Source of the DNA: Promethearchaeota archaeon
GTDB taxonomy: Archaea > Asgardarchaeota > Lokiarchaeia > Sigyniarchaeales > SOKP01
Direction of reading: 5' to 3'
DNA length: 63,307 nucleotides
Assembly (NCBI GenBank): GCA_029838195.1
Contig: JALGVJ010000023.1
Coordinates: forward strand, 1-63,307
Shown piece after piece: positions 31,506-41,126 of the stretch; positions within the stretch are counted from its first letter, which is position 1; each line of letters starts with the position of its first letter. The position numbers were made by a program, and so were the translations under genes. The notes under the pieces are model-generated. The model was not told where the DNA came from and ran no database searches. It was given only the letters and a program-made list of their open reading frames with translations.

Positions 31506-32238
31506 TGACACCATGATTATTTTTAGTTCTATTTCTCGTAAATAGCTTGTATTTAACTTGCATGAAAATATTCTATTCCCTAAATAGAACATTTTTTATT
31601 ACATTCCTTCTTAAAATTTCATATTATAACTTTTACGTTATCTTCAACTTAATTCCCTTAAAATAATTCTTGTTTCGTCCCTCCCTTTAGGTTGCATGAT
31701 ATTATAGCTTGTTTCCTCCCTCATTCCAACTGATAAATATATGAATATTTCATTATCCATTTGAAACTGTTTCCCCTGCGATTCTGAGGCTTTATGGAGA
31801 TTCTCTGACCTCACATATCATATTTCAAAGTTTTCTATGAGGTTTCTCACTTCATGATAAATTTTCATCATTAAAATTTAGAGTTTCTGTGTTATTATTT
31901 CAATTTTCTCGCTGAAATCTCTATTATTTCTCCCTTAAAAGTTTCAATTTTCACCTTTTTTCACCTTTTATTTTTCAATCGTTATTTAAAATCATCTACA
32001 TTAACTTTATATCCGATACTTCATATCTCTTTCTCTTATCTTAAAAATGTTCTCAGGAATAATGTCTGAAATTAGCTTGGAACTGGTCTCATAGACTAAT
32101 GACCAGATGGATTTGCAAGATTGAGTTAATATAATTTTGTGAGGTGTCTCGTGAAAAAGGAACGTGGATGAGGTTTTACTTACATTGAAAATTTTATGTC
32201 CGTGAAATTAAAAAAAATAGGAAGGAAAAAAAGGATTT

Positions 32239-33612
32239 TCATTCCAATCTTTGTTCGTATATTTTTTTCATAGCTTTTTTTAATTCTATTAATTTTTGGC
32301 CACGTAAGGGGAAAAACAATAAGATAATGAAGGCGGCGATCAAGAAAAAGAGTGGGATTAGTGCGGCTCCAAGTTGAATGCCCAGAATGGCTTGTTCGGT
32401 TTGAACAAGGGCTTCTCCCCGATATCCCATGAGGGTGATGATCCACGTGAAGATAAAAATCATGATGGACTTGCTTGGGCTAATAAAGATGGCTTGGATG
32501 CCCATAAAAGTTCCTTCATTTCGATTGCCGGTATTATATTCGTATTCGTCAATGACATTTCCAAAAAGGGGTAGAGACAGGATCCAAAAGCCTGCGTTTC
32601 CGACATTGATGATTGTATAAAAAATTACGGCGAAAATAAACATTCGTGTTAAAAGAAGGCCAAAAAAACCCATGACATGTAATCCCATGAAGAATAGTAG
32701 GGCTTTTCTCACGCCCAGCTTCTTATTTACGATTTGGATGAGATAATAGGAGAGAAAGGAGATGGGTAATATCAAGGCGCTAACTAAGGCGACTTCAGTG
32801 CCCGTGCTTCCGATCACATCTTCAAAATAATATAATTGAAAGGTTACGACGGTAGAGGTCACGCCATTCATCAAGAAGGAAAAGATCGTGTAGGCAATGA
32901 ATGTCTTAGAATGGAAGTAATCTTTTAAAATTTTTTTTAAATTCACATGGACGTGTTTTTCATACAATTTAGGAGGTTCTTTAATTCCCATTACTCCAAT
33001 AAACACATTCACGGTGCCAATTATACCTACTACCGTAAAAATGACGTATAATAACCAGAGAGGCGTGGTTCCAATGAGGAAGATTATGGGGATCAGATAA
33101 GCGAAAATACCCACGATGGTTTGAAAAATCAAGCTAACGACCACGAGAGATGCTCGTTCTTTATCATCATCCGTGATGGATATCATGAGGGCAGTTCGGT
33201 TAATTCCGAAAATTGCATTTCCCGTATCAAATATGGCCAAGCCCGCTAACAAGAATAGAAAAATTATTAGGTGAGGAATAGTGGGATTCATGAAAATGAG
33301 GAAAAAATAGCCGCAGCCCATGAAAGGGATGGATCTGTATAGCCAAACCTTACGTTTTCCTTTACCATCTTTCGGCATTTTTTTATCCGAATAATATCCG
33401 ATTAATGGATCATTAATACTATTCCAAATTCCAAAAAATAACTGAGCAATTCCGAATAAAATGGCCGGGAATAATATGAAATCCGTATAGTATTTTAACA
33501 TGGCTCCATCAATGATTGCTGCCATGAAAGTTAATCCCGCCATGGAAATTCCATAACAAGCTTTTTGCTTGAAAGGAATTGAATGAGACAAAGTAGAGTT
33601 TTCTTTTAACAT
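32239..33612 (-). CDS. MFS transporter, GPH/MelB family
   Basis: WNSINDPLIGYYSD, GKRK, VIDEYEYNTGNRNEGTF; about 12 TM segments. Confidence 0.9.
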   Translation of the reverse strand: MLKENSTLSHSIPFKQKACYGISMAGLTFMAAIIDGAMLKYYTDFILFPAILFGIAQLFFGIWNSINDPLIGYYSDKKMPKDGKGKRKVWLYRSIPFMGCGYFFLIFMNPTIPHLIIFLFLLAGLAIFDTGNAIFGINRTALMISITDDDKERASLVVVSLIFQTIVGIFAYLIPIIFLIGTTPLWLLYVIFTVVGIIGTVNVFIGVMGIKEPPKLYEKHVHVNLKKILKDYFHSKTFIAYTIFSFLMNGVTSTVVTFQLYYFEDVIGSTGTEVALVSALILPISFLSYYLIQIVNKKLGVRKALLFFMGLHVMGFFGLLLTRMFIFAVIFYTIINVGNAGFWILSLPLFGNVIDEYEYNTGNRNEGTFMGIQAIFISPSKSIMIFIFTWIITLMGYRGEALVQTEQAILGIQLGAALIPLFFLIAAFIILLFFPLRGQKLIELKKAMKKIYEQRLE

Positions 33613-33708
33613 TCTATATTCCGCTTGTTAAATATTGATAAATATTCAAATTAATTGTTAAATTTATCGTTATCATGAGAAGATGAGAGGCAGGCATTAT
33701 TTTTGGGA

Positions 33709-34149
33709 TCATTCTTTTAAGTGGGGGCAATAACACGTTTCGGAGTTAAGGATTTTTTCCCCACAAGGGCATACTTCGGGATGATTAAATTTTTCGCAAA
33801 TTTTATTGATGATTTCGCATGAAAACAGCATTTTTATTTTACTTGCTTCTTGATGGGCTTTTTGAGCGTTTAATCCAAGCGTTTCGTGAAGCAAGACTTC
33901 CAATAGTTGAGCATGTCGGATCAATTCGATGGCTTTTTCTTTTCCAATTTTTGTGAGCAGCACGTATTTATAGGGTTGGTATTCCACATAGCCATTTTCT
34001 TTTAAACGCTTGATGCAACTTCCGATAGTAGAATGGGGGCAATCCAGATCTAGTGCGATTTCACCGACTTTTCGAGCCATGTTTTTTCTATAGAGATATT
34101 CAATTACCTTATAATCCAGATCGCTTATAGTCATGGAGCAATTCCTCAT
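33709..34149 (-). CDS. DtxR/MntR-family metal-dependent regulator
   Basis: wHTH (GEIA..L.....T....IKRL...GYV.Y.PY), LT..G...A..LIRH..LLE, AHQEA; C-terminal P..CPCG..I. Confidence 0.9.
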   Translation of the reverse strand: MRNCSMTISDLDYKVIEYLYRKNMARKVGEIALDLDCPHSTIGSCIKRLKENGYVEYQPYKYVLLTKIGKEKAIELIRHAQLLEVLLHETLGLNAQKAHQEASKIKMLFSCEIINKICEKFNHPEVCPCGEKILNSETCYCPHLKE

Positions 34150-34219
34150 GAATAATGTGAATGATGCATGTATAATTCGGTTTGATTCTATTTAAATAAA
34201 AGTTTTTATTATTTTTATT

Positions 34220-34286
34220 TTACGATGATTCATAAATTTTATATCCGGCATTAATTTATAGAGTAATGATCTACGATGGATCGTAA
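34220..34286. promoter_or_regulatory. Two copies of palindromic operator TTACGA-N4-TCGTAA in the regulator/znuA divergent promoter
   Basis: ttacga-tgat-tcataa (34220-34235) and ctacga-tgga-tcgtaa (34271-34286) flank a TATA-like ttttata (~34237). Confidence 0.65.
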
Positions 34287-34311
34287 TTCCGTGAGGGATG
34301 GTGAAAAATAA

Positions 34312-35421
34312 ATTATTCGAAGAAAAAAGATATTTTTCATATCATTTTTCCTGCTTGTACTTTTTCTCTGGAATGAGAACGTGCGAGGGGAAGTTTCGAA
34401 CAGCTCACCAAGCATGGGAGAAGTTGCTAAACCTAAAATTGTTTGTTATTTTTCAATTACCAAGGATTGGACAAAAAATTTGGTAGGAGATACATGTGAA
34501 GTGGTCTCGTTAGTGAGCGGACAACAAGACGTGCATTCTTATGATCCTTCTGCGGATGCACTATTGAAAATGGATGGAGCAGATTTATATGTCATGCTTG
34601 GAATAGATATTGAGGCATTTGCTAAAGATATTGCTGCTGCTTTTCCAGACGTTCCCACCGTGATTTTAAGAGTGGACACCACGGAGGATCCCATAAATGG
34701 CGTGGAACCCATTACGGATCCGGTTTGGACATTTCCCGATGGAACGCATCCTAAAAACGAACATTTTTGGACAAGCCCGCGTCATGCAATTAAATTTTGC
34801 AAGCGCCTTGCAGAAGGAATTAAAAAATACATAGCTCCTTTACAAGATGCGGCTTTTAATGCAACGATAGATAGGAACTTAAATACTTATGTTTCTAAAT
34901 TGTCAGCAGTACTGAAAGAGTTAAGGGATTATCGAAATATAGAACCCGTGAAAAGCATGAAAGTATGTCCTTTTCATCCGGCTTTCATTTATTTTTTTGA
35001 GGAATTGGGCGTAGAAAGAGTAGCAGTAATCGAACAGCAACCTGGTGGAACCGTAAGTGCTTCCCATTTGGAAGAAGTAGATGAAAAAGTAGATTCTTCT
35101 GTAATTGTAGTGTATCATCCTCAAGAATCGGAGGGCAAGATGCTAGCGGAAGACGTGGCACGTGAAAATGGGGCAAACGTGACATGGCTAACACCCTTGA
35201 TACCCGTGGATACTCCGCAAGAAATCGTTAGTGATTTTGGTTCACAAATCGATACATATTTAGAAATGCTTGCGTTTAATGTGTACCAATTACTTCATTC
35301 CGCACCTCCACCGGCCGAAGTGATCTCGGGCTATTCAATATCATGGCTAGTGTTAACAATAATGTTCATGTCAGTTATCATTATTTTCCGCTTTAATAAA
35401 AATAAAAATAGATGCGATTAA
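34312..35421 (+). CDS. znuA: Zn/Mn ABC transporter substrate-binding protein (ZnuA/TroA) with C-terminal Loki-CTERM-like anchor
   Basis: Ligand motifs DVHSYDP, NEHFWTSP, FHPAF. The reading frame extends upstream of GTG 34381 to 34312 and encodes a signal peptide (IIRRKKIFFISFFLLVLFLW). C-terminal ISGY + TM + basic tail. Confidence 0.88.
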   Translation: MIRRKKIFFISFFLLVLFLWNENVRGEVSNSSPSMGEVAKPKIVCYFSITKDWTKNLVGDTCEVVSLVSGQQDVHSYDPSADALLKMDGADLYVMLGIDIEAFAKDIAAAFPDVPTVILRVDTTEDPINGVEPITDPVWTFPDGTHPKNEHFWTSPRHAIKFCKRLAEGIKKYIAPLQDAAFNATIDRNLNTYVSKLSAVLKELRDYRNIEPVKSMKVCPFHPAFIYFFEELGVERVAVIEQQPGGTVSASHLEEVDEKVDSSVIVVYHPQESEGKMLAEDVARENGANVTWLTPLIPVDTPQEIVSDFGSQIDTYLEMLAFNVYQLLHSAPPPAEVISGYSISWLVLTIMFMSVIIIFRFNKNKNRCD

Positions 35422-35555
35422 AATATCATTCTTAGGCATGAATTCAATTCAAGACAAAAAAAAAATTAACCGTTAAAAAATAACATGAAAATCAAGAATG
35501 AATTTTTTTAACCAATTTCTCTTTCTTTACATTTATAAAAAAAATTTCACCGAAG

Positions 35556-36305
35556 TTAACTAAAAAAAGTTTTCTGGATTATTTCATCTACTTCTGGATT
35601 ATTTGGGCTTCCATCATAAACAATCGCTTTATCTAAAATGATCATTCGCTCAACATCTGCTCGCATGAGTTTTAAATTGTGGTGAACGGCTAAAATGGTC
35701 AATTCGCGAGTTTCATGTAAATAGTTAATGATGTCCATGATCTCTTTTGTTATTTTAAAATCGAGATTGCTTGTTGGCTCATCCAAAAGTAAAATCTCTG
35801 GCTCTCTCACTAAGGCTCGTGCAATTAGAGTCTTTTGCTGTTGGCCTCCGCTCAAATGTCCGATTGGCCGATTCCTTTCTTTCCATAACCCGATTGTCTT
35901 TAATTCTTTTTCAACCAACTCCATGTCCTTTTTATCTATTCTTTGACCAAGCCGTTTTAATCCTTGTCTACCCATGAGCACAACATCTTCCACGGTCGCG
36001 GGAAAAAACGGGTCAATTTGATGGGCTTGGGGAACATATGCTATTTTTTTCAAGATTTCTTTATTATCATGATCAATTGGGAGACCATAAATAGAAACTT
36101 GCCCTTCTTGAGGTTTGATTAATCCAAGGATAGTTTTAAGCAAGGTAGTTTTACCTGAGCCATTAGGCCCGGCGATTCCTACATATTGTCCAAGACTTAC
36201 ATCCAGATTAACTTGCCACAGTGCTAATACATCTTGATATGTAACGGTCACGCCGTTCAAGCAGATTGCCGTTCCTTCCTCACAGAGCTGATGTGCGTGA
36301 TTCAT
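35556..36305 (-). CDS. znuC: Metal ABC transporter ATP-binding protein (ZnuC)
   Basis: GPNGSGKTT, YVPQ, LSGGQQQ, LLLDEP. ATGA overlap with the permease. Confidence 0.93.
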   Translation of the reverse strand: MNHAHQLCEEGTAICLNGVTVTYQDVLALWQVNLDVSLGQYVGIAGPNGSGKTTLLKTILGLIKPQEGQVSIYGLPIDHDNKEILKKIAYVPQAHQIDPFFPATVEDVVLMGRQGLKRLGQRIDKKDMELVEKELKTIGLWKERNRPIGHLSGGQQQKTLIARALVREPEILLLDEPTSNLDFKITKEIMDIINYLHETRELTILAVHHNLKLMRADVERMIILDKAIVYDGSPNNPEVDEIIQKTFFS

Positions 36306-37378
36306 TTTTTAGAACGCCCTCTTTTAAAATATTTTTTTAATCGATCGGAATTTTCTTCTTTTTTTTCGACAACGAGCGGCCGATGACCCTTCCATTTATG
36401 ATTTACTGGTTTTTTAGATAAGTTAACTTTTAAGAAAATTTTGCCTTCCTCTCTTGCATGATAATGTGGAACATCAATTCCGATCGGATGTTCTAAAGGA
36501 GCTTCTTCTTCGAGCTTGCAGAATTTACATTCAAATGGACTTATTGTACGTGCCTTTCTTTTTGGAGAAAATAAATATGAAACCGTAAAGATAATGGTTG
36601 CAATTAATACGATGGAAGGCCCCCCGGGTAATATGAATAGATAAGAAATCATGATTCCCAGAAAGCCTGAAACCATGCCTATTGCTGACGCCAAGATTAA
36701 CATCTTTCTAAAATTGAATGTCCACATGTAAGCTGCAGCTGAGGGCATGATAAACATGGCAAATACTAATATCGCACCAATAGCATTTAAAGAAATGGTA
36801 ATAATCGCTCCTACAAGAAGTAGGAATAGATAATCTAATTTTTTTACCGGTAATCCGGACACTCGTGCCATATCTCGGTCAAACACAATGAACTTGTATT
36901 CGTTTCTTAAGAATAGAATAATAATTAACACTAAAATGCTAATAATGCCCATGATGAGCAATTGAGTTGAGCTAATGATTAAAATGGCTCCAAATAAAAT
37001 CGAGGACACGCTGGCAGAAAATTCATCCATGAAACTGAGGATGATGATCCCCAAGCCCATCATTCCGGAAAATATGATTCCAATGACGATATCCTCATTC
37101 ATGATCTTTTTTTGATTCACATATCCTACGGAAACCGCACTTATTTCAGAAAACGCGAATATGAAAATTAGCGGATTCAAGCCCAAGAGAATGCCTAAAG
37201 CAGCCCCAGCAAACGCTGAATGAGCCACCGCCTCGCCCAAAAAAATCATTCGATTTAAAATGATATAACATCCAATGATTCCTCCAATAATACCAATGAG
37301 AATTGCAGCTAAAATGGACCGAATCATCCATGGCCTGTTAAATAAAAAAAAAAAATCAATTATCGAAATGAAAAACAT
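36302..37378 (-). CDS. znuB: Metal ABC transporter permease (ZnuB/ABC-3) with Cys/His-rich tail
   Basis: RM.FLGEAVAHSAFAG, ILFGAI, FDR.MA..SG, GAILV, GPSIV; ~90-aa soluble tail containing CKFC and several His. Confidence 0.92.
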   Translation of the reverse strand: MFFISIIDFFFLFNRPWMIRSILAAILIGIIGGIIGCYIILNRMIFLGEAVAHSAFAGAALGILLGLNPLIFIFAFSEISAVSVGYVNQKKIMNEDIVIGIIFSGMMGLGIIILSFMDEFSASVSSILFGAILIISSTQLLIMGIISILVLIIILFLRNEYKFIVFDRDMARVSGLPVKKLDYLFLLLVGAIITISLNAIGAILVFAMFIMPSAAAYMWTFNFRKMLILASAIGMVSGFLGIMISYLFILPGGPSIVLIATIIFTVSYLFSPKRKARTISPFECKFCKLEEEAPLEHPIGIDVPHYHAREEGKIFLKVNLSKKPVNHKWKGHRPLVVEKKEENSDRLKKYFKRGRSKK

Positions 37379-37398
37379 GAAATCACCTTTATAATTAT

Positions 37399-37414
37399 TT
37401 ACGAATTATCGTAA
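37399..37414. promoter_or_regulatory. Perfect operator TTACGA-atta-TCGTAA upstream of znuB
   Basis: Lies between the minus-strand TATA-like element (cttatattta, 37441-37450) and the znuB start at 37378. Same motif as at 34220 and 34271. Confidence 0.7.
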
Positions 37415-38133
37415 TTTTATGTGAATAAAAAAATCAACACTAAATATAAGTCTTTTTTTTACTCAATATATCGATAAGTTAGATTGATTAAGTTAAAGAA
37501 TCAGAACTCGTGAGTATTTAATCAAAAGATAGTGGAAAAAAATAATAAACTTTTTAATTCATCCGGTTAAAATTACATGTGATGTGGCAAGAACGTTTTT
37601 TATTTCATGAGCTTCTAAAAAAATTTAAGACAATCATTGTTAAAGGAACTAATCTCACGGTTGATGTTGCAAATAAAGTAAAATTGATGGAAAGCATTAA
37701 AACAGCTCCAGAAGCCGTCAAAGCATCATTCGTATCGGGAATATTATGAGAATTAGGTACTTCAGGAGAACTAGACATGTATCATGTCTCAAGAAAATTG
37801 TTCTTTTTAAAAAATTTTCAAAACTTTTTTATTATCAAATTCACTACCATTTTATTTTTATTTTTCATAGAATAATGAGTGAATGGCTTTAATTTAAAAA
37901 AATCAATTTATAGTATAAAATAACTTTATCTTGTTCTATTATATTATTGATTTCTTGGAATGTTGTTCATTAAAAAAATTTTAATTAATAAAAGTCTTAG
38001 ATTGAATTATATTGATGAGAGCTTTAGAATACATTAGTCTCAAATTTTAACGAATGGTTCTTTTCATAAAAATTATTTAAAAATAATAGAATTTTACATA
38101 ATTTAAAGATATAATAGATAAATTAAAGTTCTA

Positions 38134-39504
38134 ATGCATGTTACCATTTTTAAGTATTTTAAATTTAAAATTCTTAATTTTAAAGTAATTATACTATATC
38201 CGATAATTTTCGGATTAATTATTATAGGCTTAAATTTATTATTCAGAAGAATTTCAGCTATACTAAATTTTCCCATTACAGAAGTGTGGCCCTTACATGG
38301 TGTACTTTATTATCAACGTTCAAAATTACTTTATACCTTAATTATTTTTTTAATATTTCTTATTCTTTGTTTCATAATTATAAAGTCCAATTATAATATT
38401 ATTCTTATAATATTTTCCGGATTATTATTAATCCTTTTAAGTAATGGAATACAAGGTATACAACTTGGGTATGAATGGACTATTTCCGGATATGGAAACC
38501 AACTTTATCATGATGCTATAGAAATTGATAATCCTTTTGTTTTTATTAGTAATTTTGAGAAAATCCAAACAAGGCTAAGATTGCATTCAATCACTCATCC
38601 TCCTGGAGCTGTATTATTTTTCTACGTGTTATCAAAAATTTTTATTCATCCAATACTAATTTCTATTGCTGTTTGCTTTATTTCTACAATTTTCTCTGGT
38701 TTTTTCTTTAATCAAATCATGTGTCAGGAATTTAAAATAAAAGAACATGCTAATTATATTACTTTTTTATTTTTATTAGTTCCTGCTATCCAAATATATT
38801 TTTTAGCCAATCTTTATGCTATCATTATTACTCTTTTTCTGTCCATGTTGTATTTTTATTATTATTCTTCCAGAAAAATAGTAAAAATAGTTGGTTGCTC
38901 TATCTCGCTTATCTTGGTCTCGTTTTTAACTTTCTTATTTGTTTTTATTGTATTTTATCTTTTTTTACGTGACTCATATTCGATTAAAAAGAAAAAAAAT
39001 TGGAAGATATTAATAGATTTATTGACAATTAATTTAATCCTCTTAAGTTTTTATATCCTCTTATATTTAATATTCTCATTTAATTATTTTAATTCTTTTA
39101 TTATTGCAAGCACTTCTGAAAACCCTGGTGGATTTAGTTTTATAGTCAACCCTTATGGTTATTTCATTAACAGAGTAAAGGGAATCCTTGATATAATCAT
39201 TTTTTTTGGCCCCTTTTTATTGGTCATTTTCATAAAAGCAATGAGATTTTCCAAAAATAATTACGTGGAAATATATGTTAAATCAATTTTAGCAATAGCC
39301 CTTTTAATTTTTTTTCTTTTAATTGGAGTTTATAGATATGGGGAAACTGCTAGAAGTGCTATATTTATTTATCCTTTTCTTTTATTTCCCATTAGTTGTT
39401 ATCTTTTAAATAAAAAATCCGGTGAAATTGAAAAATTTACTTTATTGAATTTAGTTTTTGGGCAAACTTTACTCATGCAATTTTTGTTCGTTTTTTTCTG
39501 GTAA
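38134..39504 (+). CDS. Polytopic membrane protein, probable GT-C-fold glycosyltransferase
   Basis: More than 10 TM segments, loop motif LHSITHPPG and late GETAR motif, resembling GT-C/PMT-like proteins. Very AT-rich. Confidence 0.55.
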   Translation: MHVTIFKYFKFKILNFKVIILYPIIFGLIIIGLNLLFRRISAILNFPITEVWPLHGVLYYQRSKLLYTLIIFLIFLILCFIIIKSNYNIILIIFSGLLLILLSNGIQGIQLGYEWTISGYGNQLYHDAIEIDNPFVFISNFEKIQTRLRLHSITHPPGAVLFFYVLSKIFIHPILISIAVCFISTIFSGFFFNQIMCQEFKIKEHANYITFLFLLVPAIQIYFLANLYAIIITLFLSMLYFYYYSSRKIVKIVGCSISLILVSFLTFLFVFIVFYLFLRDSYSIKKKKNWKILIDLLTINLILLSFYILLYLIFSFNYFNSFIIASTSENPGGFSFIVNPYGYFINRVKGILDIIIFFGPFLLVIFIKAMRFSKNNYVEIYVKSILAIALLIFFLLIGVYRYGETARSAIFIYPFLLFPISCYLLNKKSGEIEKFTLLNLVFGQTLLMQFLFVFFW

Positions 39505-40001
39505 AAATGATTTTAAAAAGATTATATAAAATTGTCTTGATCTTAGCTTTAAAATTTTCTCAAGTTTGGAACTCGTAAATATAAAAAGAAAAAGGTAAGG
39601 ATTTAAATATGTTGATACATAATTGGAAAAGAATATTATATATAACGGATTAAATAATTGCGCATGTAATCTTAATTATTGAAATCGAGGCACTAAAAAT
39701 AAAATTATAATCGGAAAAAAAAGGATCATCATGCGAAGATATTATATTCGTTATAAATAGTTATATTAATGAGAAATTTGGGTACATGTTTACTTTTTAT
39801 AACCTTTTTTTCATTATTTTTCACAATTTAAAATCAGAATCTTTTAATTTCTTAGTTGGATATTATTTAATGAACATATGTTTTATCGCGTGATGGACCA
39901 ATATGGGAATGAAAAATCTCAAAACTTTTATGAATAAATTATTATTTTCTTGTTGGGAATAACATCTTGTTTTCCATCGAAGAAGGAGACGTGTGTGAAA
40001 A

Positions 40002-40808
40002 ATGCCTGTTTCTTATAAATTAAAAGTTATTGCGGTAGGGCACCCCAATTCTAATAAATCCTTCTTCTTCGACCATTGTCTGGGAATTCACGACCCTTAT
40101 TTTAATAACTCCTTTAAAACCGTCGGTGTAAGTTTGAAAATCGCAAAATATTCCACTGACCAAGAAGAAACCCTCATCATGGCTTTCTGGGACATTAATG
40201 GTTCCCAACGGTTCGATTTCTTGTTTCCCACCTTTTTTAGGGGAGCCGCCGGCAGTTTATTATTTTTTAATGCCTCTAACTTTGATAAACAAGAAGATAT
40301 TGAATATTGGATAAATAAAATCCGAACATTTACAAATTTCATCCCTATCATATTAATTGGTACCTTCACGGAAAAGCAGAAAAATGAAGTGGATTACGAG
40401 ATGCTTCGAAATTACGTGAATGAATTTCAAGTTGATGATCTTTTCTTCTTAAATCAAAATGATCCCGAACAATGCTCGCTCATTTTTACCACACTTGCAA
40501 ATAAACTCCTTGAAAATCTTGGTACCAAGTCATTCATCGAGAAACTCAAAAGCCAATTAACACGGGAAGAAAAAAAACTTTATTACCAATTTCTCGAACA
40601 ATTTGCGCTCTGCCCTATTTGTAAAAAAGAAAATCACCTTTCCTATCTCAATCGATTCTATTTTAGCAAGGTACCAAGCGTCGTCTACTTGCGAAATAGT
40701 GTTCTTCACTTGTTAGAAAAATTCTCAAATAATTCCCACACTTTTCCAACAGAAATTACCCTCGGCATTCCATGTTGCAAGTGCTATGAGAAATTCTTTA
40801 CGAATTAA
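40002..40808 (+). CDS. Divergent Rab/Ras-like GTPase domain fused to a C-terminal Cys4 (Zn-binding) domain
   Basis: YKLKVIAVGHPNSNKS (degenerate G1), TVGV, FWDINGSQRF..L.PTFFRGAAG, PIILIG; G4/G5 lost. C-terminal CPIC...CCKC. Confidence 0.75.
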   Translation: MPVSYKLKVIAVGHPNSNKSFFFDHCLGIHDPYFNNSFKTVGVSLKIAKYSTDQEETLIMAFWDINGSQRFDFLFPTFFRGAAGSLLFFNASNFDKQEDIEYWINKIRTFTNFIPIILIGTFTEKQKNEVDYEMLRNYVNEFQVDDLFFLNQNDPEQCSLIFTTLANKLLENLGTKSFIEKLKSQLTREEKKLYYQFLEQFALCPICKKENHLSYLNRFYFSKVPSVVYLRNSVLHLLEKFSNNSHTFPTEITLGIPCCKCYEKFFTN

Positions 40809-41126
40809 CCTCTCAAGCTGCTTATGTCCAAAAAGTTAATCTCATGGTTGAAAATTTCTTGTATAATCTTTTTCTCAAGTCATTAAAGAGGTTAAGCTAT
40901 TAACCTAAAAAACCACGGATTTCTAAAAATATACGATCTCCTTACATTTAATTTTACTTTTTCAATTTGTCCCCTTAAAAACTTATTCCTAAAGTTCATA
41001 AATGATAAAAATGTAGTGAAAGTCCAATTGAAAACCTTAAATATGAAAAAAACTTTAAATTACTCCTAGCGAAATTTATATTGATTAGAAAATTTAATAT
41101 CAATTTTTTAATGAGTGAAAATTAAA

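Noticed and set aside
37600-37790. Short coding-like stretch (NLTVDVANKVKLMESIKTAPEAVKASFVSGIL) and palindrome agacatg-tat-catgtct
   Set aside because: Too short to assign; probably a gene remnant.
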